64,000 nucleotides of DNA from Octopus vulgaris (Eukaryota), in the NCBI GenBank assembly GCA_951406725.2, contig OX597832.1:58962001-59026000 (forward strand). The letters run 5' to 3'. Positions 14,168-28,379 of the stretch are shown here, in pieces; the stretch's first letter is position 1, and each line of letters opens with the position of its first letter. The translations under genes were made by a program, and so were the position numbers. The notes under the pieces were generated by a model, which worked only from the letters and a program-made list of their open reading frames with translations, ran no database searches and was not told where the DNA came from.

Positions 14168-14328
14168 GGCGCAGGAGTGGCTGTGTGGTAAGTAGCTTGC
14201 TAACCAACCACATGGTTCCGGGTTCAGTCCCACTGCGTGGCATCTTGGGCAAGTGTCTTCTGCTATAGCCCCGGGCCTTGTGAGTGGATTTGGTAGACGG
14301 AAACTGAAAGAAGCCTGTCGTATATATG

Positions 14329-14373
<45 letters not shown>

Positions 14374-14600
14374 ATGTGTTTGTGTGTCTGTGTTTGTCAC
14401 CCTAGCATTGCTTGACAACCGATGCTGGTGTGTTTACGTCCCCGTCACTTAGTGGTTCGGCAAAACAGAATGATAGAATATGTATTGGGCTTACAAAGAA
14501 TAAGTTCCGGGGTCGATTTGCTCGACTAAAGGCGGTGCTCCAGCATGGCCGCAATCGAATGACTGAAACAAGTAAAATAAAAAAAGAAAAGAAAAGAAAG
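14168..14600 (+). mobile_element. SINE family A, full length
   Basis: GGCGCAGGAGTGGCTGTGTGGTAAG (A box), GGTTCAGTCCC (B-box-like), GGCATCTTGGGCAAGTGTCTT, internal TA/TG tract, A-rich tail. Confidence 0.88.
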
Positions 14601-15152
14601 ATCTCATATCCCATTTCATCTATTCATCACCTGTAAGGCTTTCTGCCTTTCATATGCACCCTGCGTCACCTCATTCGTGACTGTTGGATGGGTTGTGAAT
14701 TTTAATTGTTTGGGGAAAGTGATGCGGCCTTTCTTTCTTCACGTTATGCACTTTCCCCACTGAAAATGGTTCCTTTGTGACGGAAGAAATTCTCGCAGTT
14801 AATTTTTACCTCTGGATATAAAGCACAAAGGCTTGTTGGACAACCAAGGCCTCCGAGTAATCAGCATCTCATAAGCTGGATTGGATGCGTTTCCAGTAAA
14901 ACCTACTTTAATATAGGTGAGGGTGTATGTCTGTGTTTGTGTGTATGCGTGTGTGAGTGTGCGTATTTGTGTATCTGAGTTTGTGTTTCTATGTGTGTGA
15001 ATGTGTGCGTATGTGTTTGTGCGTGTGTGTGTGCGTGCGTGTAAAAGATCCTTCTCCAACCAGAGGCTCAAAAGGACAAGTTCCTGGTTGGCGATGCGCA
15101 CATTTTCTCCATCTTGACAGAAAGCCGGTCCATGACAGGGTCTCTAATTTTT

Positions 15153-15313
15153 ACTTAGCGGTATTTCGTATGTCTTCACGTTCTGAGTTCAAATTCCGCC
15201 GAGGTCGACTTTGCCTTTCATCGATAAATTAAGTACCGGTCGCGTACTGGCGTCGAACAATTCGACTGGCCTCCTCCACAAAATATTCGGGCCGTGTGTC
15301 TAGAGCAGAAAAG

Positions 15314-15315
<2 letters not shown>
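15153..15315 (+). mobile_element. SINE family B (Meta-domain-like), partial
   Basis: GTTCTGAGTTCAAATTCCGCCGAGGTCGACTTTGCCTTTCA..TCGATAAATTAAGTACC and the family tail TTCGGGCCGTGTGTCTAGAG. Confidence 0.8.
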
Positions 15316-15348
<33 letters not shown>

Positions 15349-15375
15349 ATATATATATATATATGGTGCACACAT

Positions 15376-15438
<63 letters not shown>

Positions 15439-15473
15439 TATGTACGGACCTATGTAATTTAAATCCGTGTGCG

Positions 15474-15508
<35 letters not shown>

Positions 15509-16187
15509 ATACATGAACATATATATATATATATATAGTTATATCTGTTCAGAGTCGCAGTGCTGTAAAACCGATGCGTTAAATATCGCTTTAATGTTAT
15601 TCAACTTTGGTAACATCTCTTCAGCTCCGACGACTTCTGAAAGAACTTTGAAATTCATTTCGACAGAAAACGATTAGATTCCGGAGACCAGACTCTTTAG
15701 AAATCCTTGAGTCTTGTGTTTTTTCGTGTCTTCATTCATTATATTTTAACCATTCTCTTGCATAATTTCCTTCCATTTCGCTATCCTCTCATCCTATTTT
15801 TCTTACAGCCGTGTCACTTCACTTTAAATCAAATCTGGTTATCTTGAGTTTAGTCTTTCTAAATCTACCTCAACCAAAATAATCTCTCTCTCTATCTCTC
15901 TCTCTCATTATCTATCCATTCATCTGCCTTTCCATCCGTCCATTCATTCATTCATTCATCCATCCATCCGTCCATCTATCCACGCTTACAATCACGCTCA
16001 CGCACACACACACAAACACACACACACACGCATTCACACACATTCGCGCGCGCGCATAAACGAACTTTTTCTTATATTTAAACCCACTATATTTCGATCG
16101 AATTATCTCCTTCCATCTGTTTGACTTTTCCTCATATCTATCTCTCGTTCTCTCGGTTCCATATATATGTGTACACGCATGTGTGAG

Positions 16188-16225
<38 letters not shown>

Positions 16226-16399
16226 CTACATTATTTTCCCTTGTTTATGTTTTTTTTTTCTATTCTGCTTACATAAATCTCTTTGTCTCTTCCACTGTCT
16301 CTCCGTCTCTCACTTCTCCTCTCCCTCTCTCTGTCGATACATATAAAGCATTCATACATTCATGTATGTATATATATAAAGCGAGATACTTAGATAAGT

Positions 16400-17055
<656 letters not shown>

Positions 17056-17666
17056 CTCGTTACCTTACAACTTAAATAAACATATTCCCCTTTTCCTTTT
17101 ACCTGTTTATCAGTTTCGCTAACCCTAACCCTAACCCTGTTTCACACACAATATCTATCTTCCCTCTCTTATTCTTTCTCTTTCTTTCTCTCTCCCTCTC
17201 TCTCCCTCCCCTTCTTATTATCTATTTCTCCTTTTTCTTACTCTCACGCTGTCCTTGTATCGTAGACATATCTCAAACGACGATGGAAGGACAATATTCA
17301 GGGAATTTTCAACAGATTCATTTCAAACGTCGTTGATATCTCCATTTGATTTTTGGGTGTTTTTAGGGACCTTATACAATCCCTTTCATCTTTCAAGTTT
17401 ATACGTAAAAACCCTCCCAAATTTCAAATACCGTCGCTTTTACAATTTTAACTGCAAATATTAAAACGTTCTCTCTGACCCTTAAATACGTAATATTATA
17501 TAAACAATAATACACGCAACATACAAACCCTTCCCATTTTCAAACACAGGGTGTTTTTCTTCCTTTCTACAGCCTTCAAAGCGTAGCATCAATATCGCTA
17601 TGAAAGAGAAAACAGAAACATACATGTATATACGGTTATACATATATACAAACATGTGTGTGAAGG

Positions 17667-17771
<105 letters not shown>

Positions 17772-17794
17772 CACACACACGCACGCACACACAC

Positions 17795-17833
<39 letters not shown>

Positions 17834-18197
17834 TAAGTTATGGGAGTTTAATCTTCAATTTTATTCTAACTTCTTCCCATTCCACGTATATATTCATCTG
17901 TTTCCTTAGTTTTCTACTTAAAATGCAGGTTTCTTAGTGCAAGACACAATATAGATCTTAAGATGAAAACAGAAATTTGACATTTTTTTCTATCATTTCT
18001 TAAAAAAAAAAGAGAAAATCTAAAAGAACTCGAATAGAATTCTGACGAAAATCTTCCTCTGATTTGCTTATGTTGCACCGACGTCAAATGAATTTTTTTT
18101 TAAATTCCTCACTTCGCTCGCTCACTCTTAGAAGACTCAAATGCTAACTCACATACACACACACAGAGGTAAATGTACAAACATAGGTATACATACA

Positions 18198-18255
<58 letters not shown>

Positions 18256-18280
18256 CATACATACATACATACATATTTAT

Positions 18281-18311
<31 letters not shown>

Positions 18312-18337
18312 CATACATACATACATACATACATATT

Positions 18338-18405
<68 letters not shown>

Positions 18406-18496
18406 TATAAGCATGTGCGTGTGTTTATGTCTGTGAGAAAGAGATAGAGCGAGGGTATAGGTGTGTGTTGCGCTTAATAATCGTTAGGTTTTAATG

Positions 18497-18714
18497 TACG
18501 AAGGAGTGCTGAAAAGTTCCTGGCTTTGTGTAAAAGAAAATACAAGAGGATGTGATAATTCTGATTTTATTCAACATTTCCTCCTCACAGATTCATACAG
18601 TTTAGTGACCCATCACTTTTTCGAAACCCTGTAAAAAAAACTCGGAAGGTGGGGCCTCCAACAAGGTCTTTTCGCAATACTCTTACAGTCAGGAGATTTT
18701 CATCATCCCTCGTA
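18497..18714. mobile_element. Tc1/mariner-type MITE
   Basis: Imperfect ~29-bp TIRs TACGAAGGAGTGCTGAAAAGTTCCTGGCT and AGTCAGGAGATTTTCATCATCCCTCGTA, with TA at both ends. Confidence 0.75.
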
Positions 18715-18859
18715 CATCTATGGAAGTGGTTTCCAGTTGGATTTGGCGTAATGTAATAAACAGCCGGAATTCAACAACCTGTTATTAACGTAGGCCGTAA
18801 TTACCACGCGGATCCTTCTTTGATGGAGTTTATATATATGTATGTATGTATATATATAA

Positions 18860-18893
<34 letters not shown>

Positions 18894-19437
18894 ATGTATG
18901 TAAGTATTTTATTACTGAAACTGAAAGCGAGAGTTTGTTCTCCGTGTTGCACGGATACGTCACCACAATCATCACCTGAGAGAGTTCTCGCCTGACGATC
19001 GCATTGGCGTGAGACCCGATTCGGTAAACAAACTGTCAGTTTCCTGGTAGATGAAATAAATTACGTAATGTCTACTGCACACCTTGATCATTCATTTTGC
19101 CACGCAGTATATATTGATGCAATAGATTATGATAATGTTAGGAAAGGTAGCAACGAGAATGGTTTCTCCATATTGCTCTGGGGTATCTCCTCAGAATCTT
19201 ATTGTTTCGTTTTATGTGCTGTTTATTTAATCTTTCAAATTTTTATCTTTCCATTGCTTCCGTCCTTAGACTGCGACCATGCTGGGGCACCGCTTTAAAA
19301 AGACTTTAGATGAATAACTCAACCCCCCGGACTTATTTCTTAGAATTGTTTAAAGATCGTTTGTGAAGTGGCGGAGGGCACAAACACAGAAGCACACACA
19401 CTCACACACACACACGCACACACACACACACGCACAC

Positions 19438-19507
<70 letters not shown>

Positions 19508-19508
19508 A

Positions 19509-19722
19509 TCTCTTTTATCCTTTACCTGTTTTAGTCATTAGACTGCGGCCATGCAGGGGCACCGCCATGAATTTTTAGTCGAATGCATCGACCCCAGTAG
19601 TTACTTTTTAAACTAAGTACTTATTCTATCGGTCTCTTGTGGTGAACGCTAGGTTACGAGGATGTAAACACACCAACACCGTTTGTCAATTGGTGATGGA
19701 GAAACAAATGCAGGCGCGCGCG

Positions 19723-19796
<74 letters not shown>

Positions 19797-19973
19797 CATA
19801 AGCATATATGCGACGGGCTTCTTTCAGTTTCCGTCTACCAAATCCGCTTAGAAGACTTTGGTCAGCCCGAAGCTATAACAGAAGACACTTATCCAAAGTA
19901 CCATGCAATGGGACTGAACCCGGAACCACCTGGAGGGAAAGCAATCTTCTTATCACACAGCCACCTCTGCGTC
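19509..19973 (-). mobile_element. SINE family A, full length
   Basis: Reverse complement of 14168-14600 including the internal microsatellite. An extra 3' fragment lies at ~19250-19340. Confidence 0.85.
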
Positions 19974-20034
19974 TATATATACATACATATATATATATAA
20001 ATATATATATATGATCTATCTTTGTTTCTCTGTT

Positions 20035-20069
<35 letters not shown>

Positions 20070-20078
20070 CTCTATCTA

Positions 20079-20165
<87 letters not shown>

Positions 20166-20167
20166 TT

Positions 20168-20403
20168 TTATTTAAAAGCAGCAGAAATATAACAAAAGAT
20201 GTTATTCAGAGTTTCGCGTTCCCGTTCATAGGACAGATTTGTTAAAATTCTAGCAAAACTGTGCGACGAACGGTAACGTGAAACTCTGAGTAACAGCTTT
20301 TGTTATATTTCTGCTGCTTTTAAATAAGGCATATTACTCTACTTCTGGTATTTGAGTACTCTTTTTCCCCCACCTTGTTTCACATTCATGCCTTTAATCC
20401 GGT
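20168..20403. mobile_element. Fold-back PLE-type remnant with an HHR-like motif in each arm
   Basis: 74-bp inverted arms 20168-20241 and 20254-20327; plus arm reads CTGT-GCGACGA-ACG GTAA CGT-GAAAC-TCTGA-GTA-ACAG; between TA tracts. Confidence 0.75.
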
Positions 20404-20424
20404 ATATATATGTATATATATATA

Positions 20425-20573
20425 AGATGGGCTTTCAGTTTCTGACAACAGAATCCACTAGTCGTTCAATGACTATAGTAACAGGGACTTACCCAAGGTG
20501 CCACACAGTGGAACTGATCCTGGATTTATGGGGTCAGGAAGTTAGCCTCTTACCACACAACCTTGCATGCGCC
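20425..20573 (-). mobile_element. SINE family A, degenerate 5' half
   Basis: ACTTACCCAAGGTGCCACACAGTGGAACTGA...TTACCACACAACC matches the reverse complement of the family A head. Confidence 0.7.
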
Positions 20574-21461
20574 TGTTTATACACTAGGGTTTTCTTGTGG
20601 GTGGAACATATTTGGTAAAATTTTATCGAACTTTACAAGGTAGTGTTTTTTTTATGTGTTTTTTTTTTTGAAGTAAAGAAAATTTCAATTGAAAGAATTA
20701 TGAAAAATATCTTAATGGGTATTCGAGTTGATAAATCGGAAGAAAATGATAAATTATACTAAATTGGAAATAAATGTTTTCAATCAAAATGAAAAGTCTT
20801 CGGAAAAGAATAAAAATAAATAAATAAAAGAAGTAAACAATGGTAGACTGGAGAGGAATAATCGAAGACGAATAAGAAGAAAAATAAAATTTAAAACTAA
20901 AAAAAAATAACAATAAGACAAACACAAGAGGAGAAAGAGAAACAATAGGGTGAAAGTAAGAAGATGAATAGGAAAAAATGTAGAGGTTAAGAGGTAAAAA
21001 AACAAGACGAATTTAGGTTATCGGTTACAGTCTGACGTAGCAAACATTGAATTATATAGACTGTAGTCATTTTTGAGGCAACTTTCTTTTTGCTTTCTAT
21101 TCTAAAGAAATGTGTTCTCTTAAAGACTGATTGAACATCTATCAATCATTTTCTTAGATCCACACTTCACTGAATTCTGCTAAATGGCTAAAATATACTC
21201 TATGAGAACGACGGCTATAAATTAATTCAAAGTGCAATACATACGTATGTGCATGCATACATACACACATAAATACATACATACACAGACATATATATAT
21301 ATACATATATATACACACACACATATATATGTATACTTATATACAGATGCTTATATATGTGTGTGTGTGTATATATGTATATATATATGCATATATATAT
21401 ACATATATACACACACACACATATATATATGTATATACATATATATACGTATATATATCTG

Positions 21462-21507
<46 letters not shown>

Positions 21508-21915
21508 TATATGTACACACACATATTTTAAATATATACATATATATATATATATATTTGGGCGTGTATATATATATATATATATACTCAGGCACACGCA
21601 TACACATACATACTTATGAACATATATATGTGTGCGTGTGTGCATGTATGTATGTATGCATATATGTATCTATGCGTGTGTGCATGTATGTATGTATGTA
21701 TGTACGTATGTATGTATGTATGTATGTATGTATGTGTGTATATATGTAAGAGGAAAGTGTTCATGGATATGTGTATGTATTTTGCAGTACATACCTCCAT
21801 AGAGGGGGAGAGGTAAGGATAAGGGTTAGGAAAATAGAAGGGTAGCATGAATTTGTGGTCAGTAATAGTAGTGGTGGTAGTATGAGAAGGAGTCGTAGTA
21901 GCAGCAACTGTTGTT

Positions 21916-21957
<42 letters not shown>

Positions 21958-22144
21958 TTTGTGGTAGTGGTAGTAGTAGTATTCCCATTGTCTCGTATTT
22001 AAAAACTATTATGACACTAGTCTGAGGTGCTACCCAAATGGATCGAACTCATTCCAAAGATTCCCTCGAAACCATTTGACTACGCATATACGAGAAAAAG
22101 AATGAAACCAGTGAGAGAAACGGAAGCGGAGAATTAATTGGTTT

Positions 22145-23103
22145 CACATTTTGGCACTAGGCCAACAATTTTGAGGGAGAGGTAAGTCGAAAGGACGAAA
22201 TGCAAAGACGACCTCAGCAGAATTTGAACTCAGAACGTAAAGGATGGACGAAATACCACTAAGCATTTTCTGGTCGCGCTGCGATTCTTGGCATAAGGCC
22301 TGAAGATTGGGGTGGGCGGGGGACGTCGTTATGATCGACCCCTGTACCCAACTGGTACTTAATTTATCGATGTCGAAAGGATGAATGGCAGGATCCACCT
22401 CGACGGAATTTGAGTTCAGAACGTAAAGATAGAGGAAATACCGCTAAGCATTTCGCATAGCATGCTAACGTTTCTTATTTCTTTATTGCCCAGAAGGGGC
22501 TAAAGTTAGAGGGGACAAACAAGAACAGACAAAGTGATTAAGTTGATTACATCGATCCTAGTGCGTAACTGGTACTTAATATATTGACCCCGAAAATATG
22601 AAAGGCAAAGTCGACCTAGGCGGAATTTGAACTCTGAACGTAAAGACAGACGAAATGCCTATTTCTTTACTACCCCCAAGGCGCTAAACACAGAGGGAAC
22701 AAACAAGGACAGACAAACGGATTAAGTCGATTACATTGAACCCAGTGCGTAACTGGTAATTAATTTATCGAACCCGAAAGGATGAAAGGCAAAGTCGACC
22801 TCGACGGAATTTGAACTCAGAACGTAACGGCAGATGAAATGCCGCCAAGCTTTTCGCCCGACGTGCCAAAGTTTCCTATTTCTTTATTGCTCACAAGGGG
22901 CTAAACACAGTGGGGACAAAGACCGACAAACGGATTAATTCGATTACATCGACCCCAGTACGTAACTGGTACTTAATTTATCGACCCCGAAAGGATGAAA
23001 GGCAAAGTCGACCTCGACAGAACTTGAATTCAGAACGTAACGGCAGACGAAATACTGCGAAGCATTTCGCCCGGCGTGCTAACGTTTCTGCCAGCTCGCC
23101 GCT
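22145..23103 (-). mobile_element. SINE family B multimer (4 tandem units plus a degenerate fifth copy)
   Basis: Repeated CGACCCCGAAAGGATGAAAGGCAAAGTCGACCTCGGCGGAATTTGAACTCAGAACGTA units at ~175-215 bp spacing; tRNA-like head GGCGAGCTGGCAGAAACGTTAG on the minus strand at 23103. Confidence 0.88.
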
Positions 23104-23449
23104 TTCAGACAGAAAATTCATTACAATGTGTTTCTACATGCGAAAGACACGTAAACAGATAACACATAACATAACATATAAACACATAAATGTAGAAAGA
23201 GGAGGACATGATGCTTTACAAGAGGGTTCATTGATGAATATACTTCGGAATGGATAAAGCTGAGGGGAAAAAGAGTGCGAAATACCGCAACGGTTAGGAG
23301 AGGTATAAGAAGGAAAGAGTTATACAAATCCTAAATAAGGAATTCTATGAGGAATAGAACAAGTGTTTGGAGTAAGAGGAAGAACGAGGAGAGAAGGTGT
23401 AGAATAGTGGTTTGGAGAAGAGTAGGAGGACTTCATTTGGAGCTTAGAA

Positions 23450-23552
23450 GTCTGCAGCAGCAATAACAGCAGCAGGAGTATTAGTTGTAACAGTAGCACC
23501 AGGAATAGTAGTAGTAATAGTAGTAGTAGTAATAGTAGTAGTAGTAATAGTA

Positions 23553-23609
<57 letters not shown>

Positions 23610-23854
23610 CAGCAGCAGCAGCAGCGGTGCTGGTAGTAATCGCAGTAGCGTCGGTGACAGCGGCAACAGCAGCACTGGTAGTAGTAGAAGTAGTGGTAGT
23701 AGTTTGTAGTAATGGTTGTAGTATTAGTAGCAGCAGTAGTCGCAGCAGTGGCAGCAGCAGCAATGGTAGTAGTAGCAATGGTTGTAGTATTAGAAGCAGC
23801 AGTAGTCGCAGCAGCAGGAGCAACGACAGCAGCAGCAGCAGTAGCAGCAGCAGC

Positions 23855-23900
<46 letters not shown>

Positions 23901-23975
23901 CTAGTAGTAGTAGTAGTAGTAGTAGCAGCAGCAGCAGCTGTAGTAGTAGTAGTAGTAGTAGCAACAGTAGCAGTA
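23450..23975. repeat. Mixed (TAG)n/(CAG)n triplet low-complexity tract
   Basis: Directly visible. Confidence 0.95.
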
Positions 23976-24213
23976 ACTGAAACAATATCGGCAACAGACA
24001 ATATAAATATATAAATATATAAACAACATTCCAGAAACAAAAACAAAATGAAAAAAAAAAACAAATTAGACAAAAAACCAAAACAAGGACAGGAAACAGG
24101 AAAGCGTGGCTAAAAATAAAAAAAATAACTTAAAAGAAAAAAAAGAACCATAACAAATAAAATTAATAAATAAACAAACAAACAAGCAAAAGAACAGATA
24201 ATTACATAAAAAT

Positions 24214-24259
<46 letters not shown>

Positions 24260-25232
24260 TTGGGAAAGCGAGAACGTTCTCTGACTGATAGAGGAAGGGA
24301 GTTTAAAGAAAAGAAATTCATTACATTTTACTAGGCGTCAGCCATGTTAAATGATTTATGAGAGATAGCCATGCGATAAGAATAGGAAGCGCAGTGGGTG
24401 CCATCATATAATTCTCGAGATTTGCTTATTATCGGCCTCACCTGCGCCAGGTTAGGCATTCTCTGTTGTTGTGTATGTTTTTTTTTGTTGTTTTGTTTTT
24501 TTTATTTTAAATATTATTTTTAAATTGGGTTTCTGGTTTTATTTTGTTCTTTTTTTTTTGGGGGGGGGGTGTTTTATTTTTGTTTGTTTTTTGGTTTTTT
24601 TTGTTATGTTTTTTTCTTGATAAAATTTCAGATTTCACTTGGTTGAAAAATGTCACTGACTGATGACAAATGATTGAGATTTACTGCTGAGTTGAATAAA
24701 CTGTAATGTGCGCTTTTTTCACATGTCGTTTTACACACACACACACACATACATACACACACACAACACACACAAACACACACACTCACTCACACACACA
24801 TACACACACACACAACACACACAAACACACACACACTCACACACACATAAATGCACACAAACATACACACGCACGCGCACACACAGAAACGCACACAGGT
24901 ACACACGCAAATGCACATACACACACAATCGCACATGCACACATACGCATAAAAAATCGCGCACATACACAAATACACACACATACATACACACAAATGC
25001 ACACATAACACACAGGCACACAGAGACGCACCTACACACACAATCACATTCTCAAACACAGACATACAAACGAATATACACAGACACAATCACACACATA
25101 TACAAACGCGCAAACACACCCACATTCGCGCACATGTATACACATAATTCATGCTTACATGTATTTATATATGTATGTGTATCTAAATACACACACAGAC
25201 ACACACATATGTATGCTATTTATGTGTGCTTC

Positions 25233-25495
25233 AAGGCACACGGCCCAGTGGTTGCTCCCACGATTGCCACACCGTGGTTTCAATTCCCAGACCTGGCGGC
25301 GTTTGTGTTCTTGAGCAAAGCACTTAATCTCAGGTTGCTCCAGTCCTCTCGGCTGTAAATGGTTACCCCTTCGACGGAATAGTCTTCGGAGCAAAATGTT
25401 GGCCTGCTCACCTAGCCAGCCATGTGGCATCATTGAAAAACTAAAATGGCGTGCATTGTGACCAGCGATGTATAACAATATCCGTTAATCATGTC
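25233..25495 (+). mobile_element. tRNA-derived SINE family D
   Basis: CGGCCCAGTGGTT (A box), GGTTTCAATTCCC (B box), GTGTTCTTGAGCAAAGCACTTAA (CORE-like); tail GCATTGTGACCAGCGATG also found inverted at 32665-32775. Confidence 0.7.
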
Positions 25496-25849
25496 GATAT
25501 CGCTAAATGGCGATCCCGGTTATTCACTCATTGCATCGACATACACGCAGGTAAACAAATACACACATATTGTATAAACACAGAAAAGGTATATTCAGGT
25601 GAGATGCACCTTATTAAAGGAGCACTCAGTCAAGCAAACAAACCTTAAAAATACTTATAATCGATGCACGGAATTACCGGTATAAACAGAGGTGTGAATA
25701 CACTCACATCCACGTATGGTCACCGAGAATTCTGCACAATATTATAGACAGTCCAGAGATATACTTATCACCTACAGTCAACAACTGATGAAGAGTCGTT
25801 CTTTATATTGTTTGTTTTGTTTTCCATTTTTGTTTTTCGTTCTTCGAAA

Positions 25850-26058
25850 GAATACATTATTTATATTATTTACATTATTTACATTTGACGGATGTTTGTC
25901 CCCATCTTGTTTGTTGTTAACACAACCTTTTCGGCTGATATACCCTCTAACCTTCATCACTACGCCAAATGCTCGTGAGCATATGGCGTAATGGTTAAGA
26001 GCGAGGGTTACTAACAATAAGATTCAAAGTTCGATTCCAAGCAGTGAACTGAATGATG

Positions 26059-26107
<49 letters not shown>

Positions 26108-26130
26108 CAACAACAACATCAAAAAATACA
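25850..26130. mobile_element. Head-to-head copy of the tRNA-headed, HHR-bearing element
   Basis: Palindromic centre CACTACGCCAAATGCTC-GT-GAGCATATGGCGTAATG. Plus arm is a tRNA-like head (TGGCGTAATGG..GTTCGATTCC) plus (TAA)n; minus arm is an HHR-bearing tail matching 27860-27970. Confidence 0.75.
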
Positions 26131-26140
26131 TATATATGTG

Positions 26141-26204
<64 letters not shown>

Positions 26205-26294
26205 GTATATGGATTGGGCATAAGTGGAACGCATTTTCTCATGGTTTTAGTCGACGAGATCAGTCGTGGAGCGATATAACAATATTACCCACCA

Positions 26295-26420
26295 AGGTCG
26301 ATTTTGCCTTTCATCCTTTCGAGGTCGATAAATTAAGTACCAGTTGCGTACTGGGGGTCGATCTAATCCACTGGGTCCCTCCGCGAAAATTTCGGGCCTT
26401 GTGCCTGGAGTAGAAAAGGA
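26295..26420 (+). mobile_element. SINE family B 3' part
   Basis: GGTCGATTTTGCCTTTCATCCTTTCGAGGTCGATAAATTAAGTACCAG...TTTCGGGCCTTGTGCC. Confidence 0.85.
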
Positions 26421-26884
26421 AATAATAATATAACATGCAAGGGGAACGAAACTGACAAAAGAATACCTTTCTAAGGTATTAAACTTAGATCAATCTTTGT
26501 TGAAGAAAACCGCATCTCTTAATGTTTTTTTCTATAGCGTTGCTCGCCATGAGATTTGCTACAATACGAGACGGATCTCTTGGAGAACTCTGAACAAGAA
26601 CTACACTCAATGTTTGCAGATTTATAACATAGAAACTAAATATCAAAAATAGAAACATAATACTGAACTCGATAAATGCTTATCGAACAGCCCGTGACAA
26701 CACGCGAACATCATGAGATCATTACATAAGAAATAACAGTTGAAATATCGATCGTGACATCATGGCCAACAGGAGATCCATTCTATTTGTAACAATGAAA
26801 CGCCCTTTCACTCGACAGGTAAAAATGTCTAATGCATCTAAATCCTGCTATTGATAGAAACTGTACTAAGGACGGCAGACAAGA

Positions 26885-27570
<686 letters not shown>

Positions 27571-27828
27571 GACGATATTAAGGCAGCTTATATCTGAAGA
27601 ATGATAGTCTTTTTAAAAAATGCAAAAGCTGATAGCTAAATCGAGAAGTTTCAATAGGTACTGAAGCCCAAATAAAATACTTACAAAATATGGCATTGAG
27701 TGGAATATAGATTTTGAAACGAAAGCGGGTCTCCGAATTTTTTTTTTTTTTTGACGTATCGAGATTGAGAAAAAATACCCAAAAAAATAATGATGAATGA
27801 ATGAGAATTTCCTAAGTCATGGAAATAT

Positions 27829-28028
27829 TACAGTCCAATATTTAAGAGATGAGGCACTATGTACATTATTTACATTATTTACATTATTTAGATTCGATGG
27901 TATATTTGTTCTCATCTTGTTTGTTATTAACAACGTTTCGGCTGATATACCCTCCAGCCTTCATTAGGTGTCTTGAGGAAATTTCGAACCTTGTTCTCAT
28001 TCCTAAGGTGTTTCTCGATATTATTATA

Positions 28029-28125
<97 letters not shown>

Positions 28126-28185
28126 TCACTGCCTGGAATTGAACTTGGAATCTTGTGGTTAGTAGACCCCGCTCTTAACCACTTT
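27829..28185 (-). mobile_element. tRNA-headed element: pol III-like head + (TAA)n + tail with minimal HHR
   Basis: Minus strand: AGTGGTTAAGAGCG...GTTCAATTCCAGGCAGTGACCTGA-(TAA)n-ATCGAGAAACACC...ACAC-CTAATGA-AGGCTG..CAGCC-GAAAC-GTT...(AATAATGTA)3. Confidence 0.75.
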
Positions 28186-28379
28186 TTATGTATATATATA
28201 TACATATATAATGTAAATGATCATGGAAATATTATTTGCTATGATACAGCAAAAATAAAGTTTTATATTCCCAGTGCAACTGTGTTGTTACATGCTTCAG
28301 TTTCTTAATTGGTGTAGCTAATGAATTCATAAAATACTTGGTATACCAATCCCTTTAATGACGTTATATTAGTCATATT

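Noticed and set aside
17119-17137. Telomeric (CCCTAA)3
   Set aside because: Only three units; too short to indicate a fusion or healing site.
17266-17349. Exon-like segment after a long polypyrimidine tract
   Set aside because: The pyrimidine tract is CT low-complexity sequence, with no recognisable peptide or donor site.
22300-23103. SINE B tandem units as retrozyme-like HHR repeats
   Set aside because: I found no CUGANGA...GAAA...UH arrangement with supporting stems in the unit on either strand.
25977-26050. Functional tRNA gene
   Set aside because: A and B boxes are present but there is no proper acceptor stem or poly-T terminator; it is the head of a repeat with a second copy at 28121-28185.
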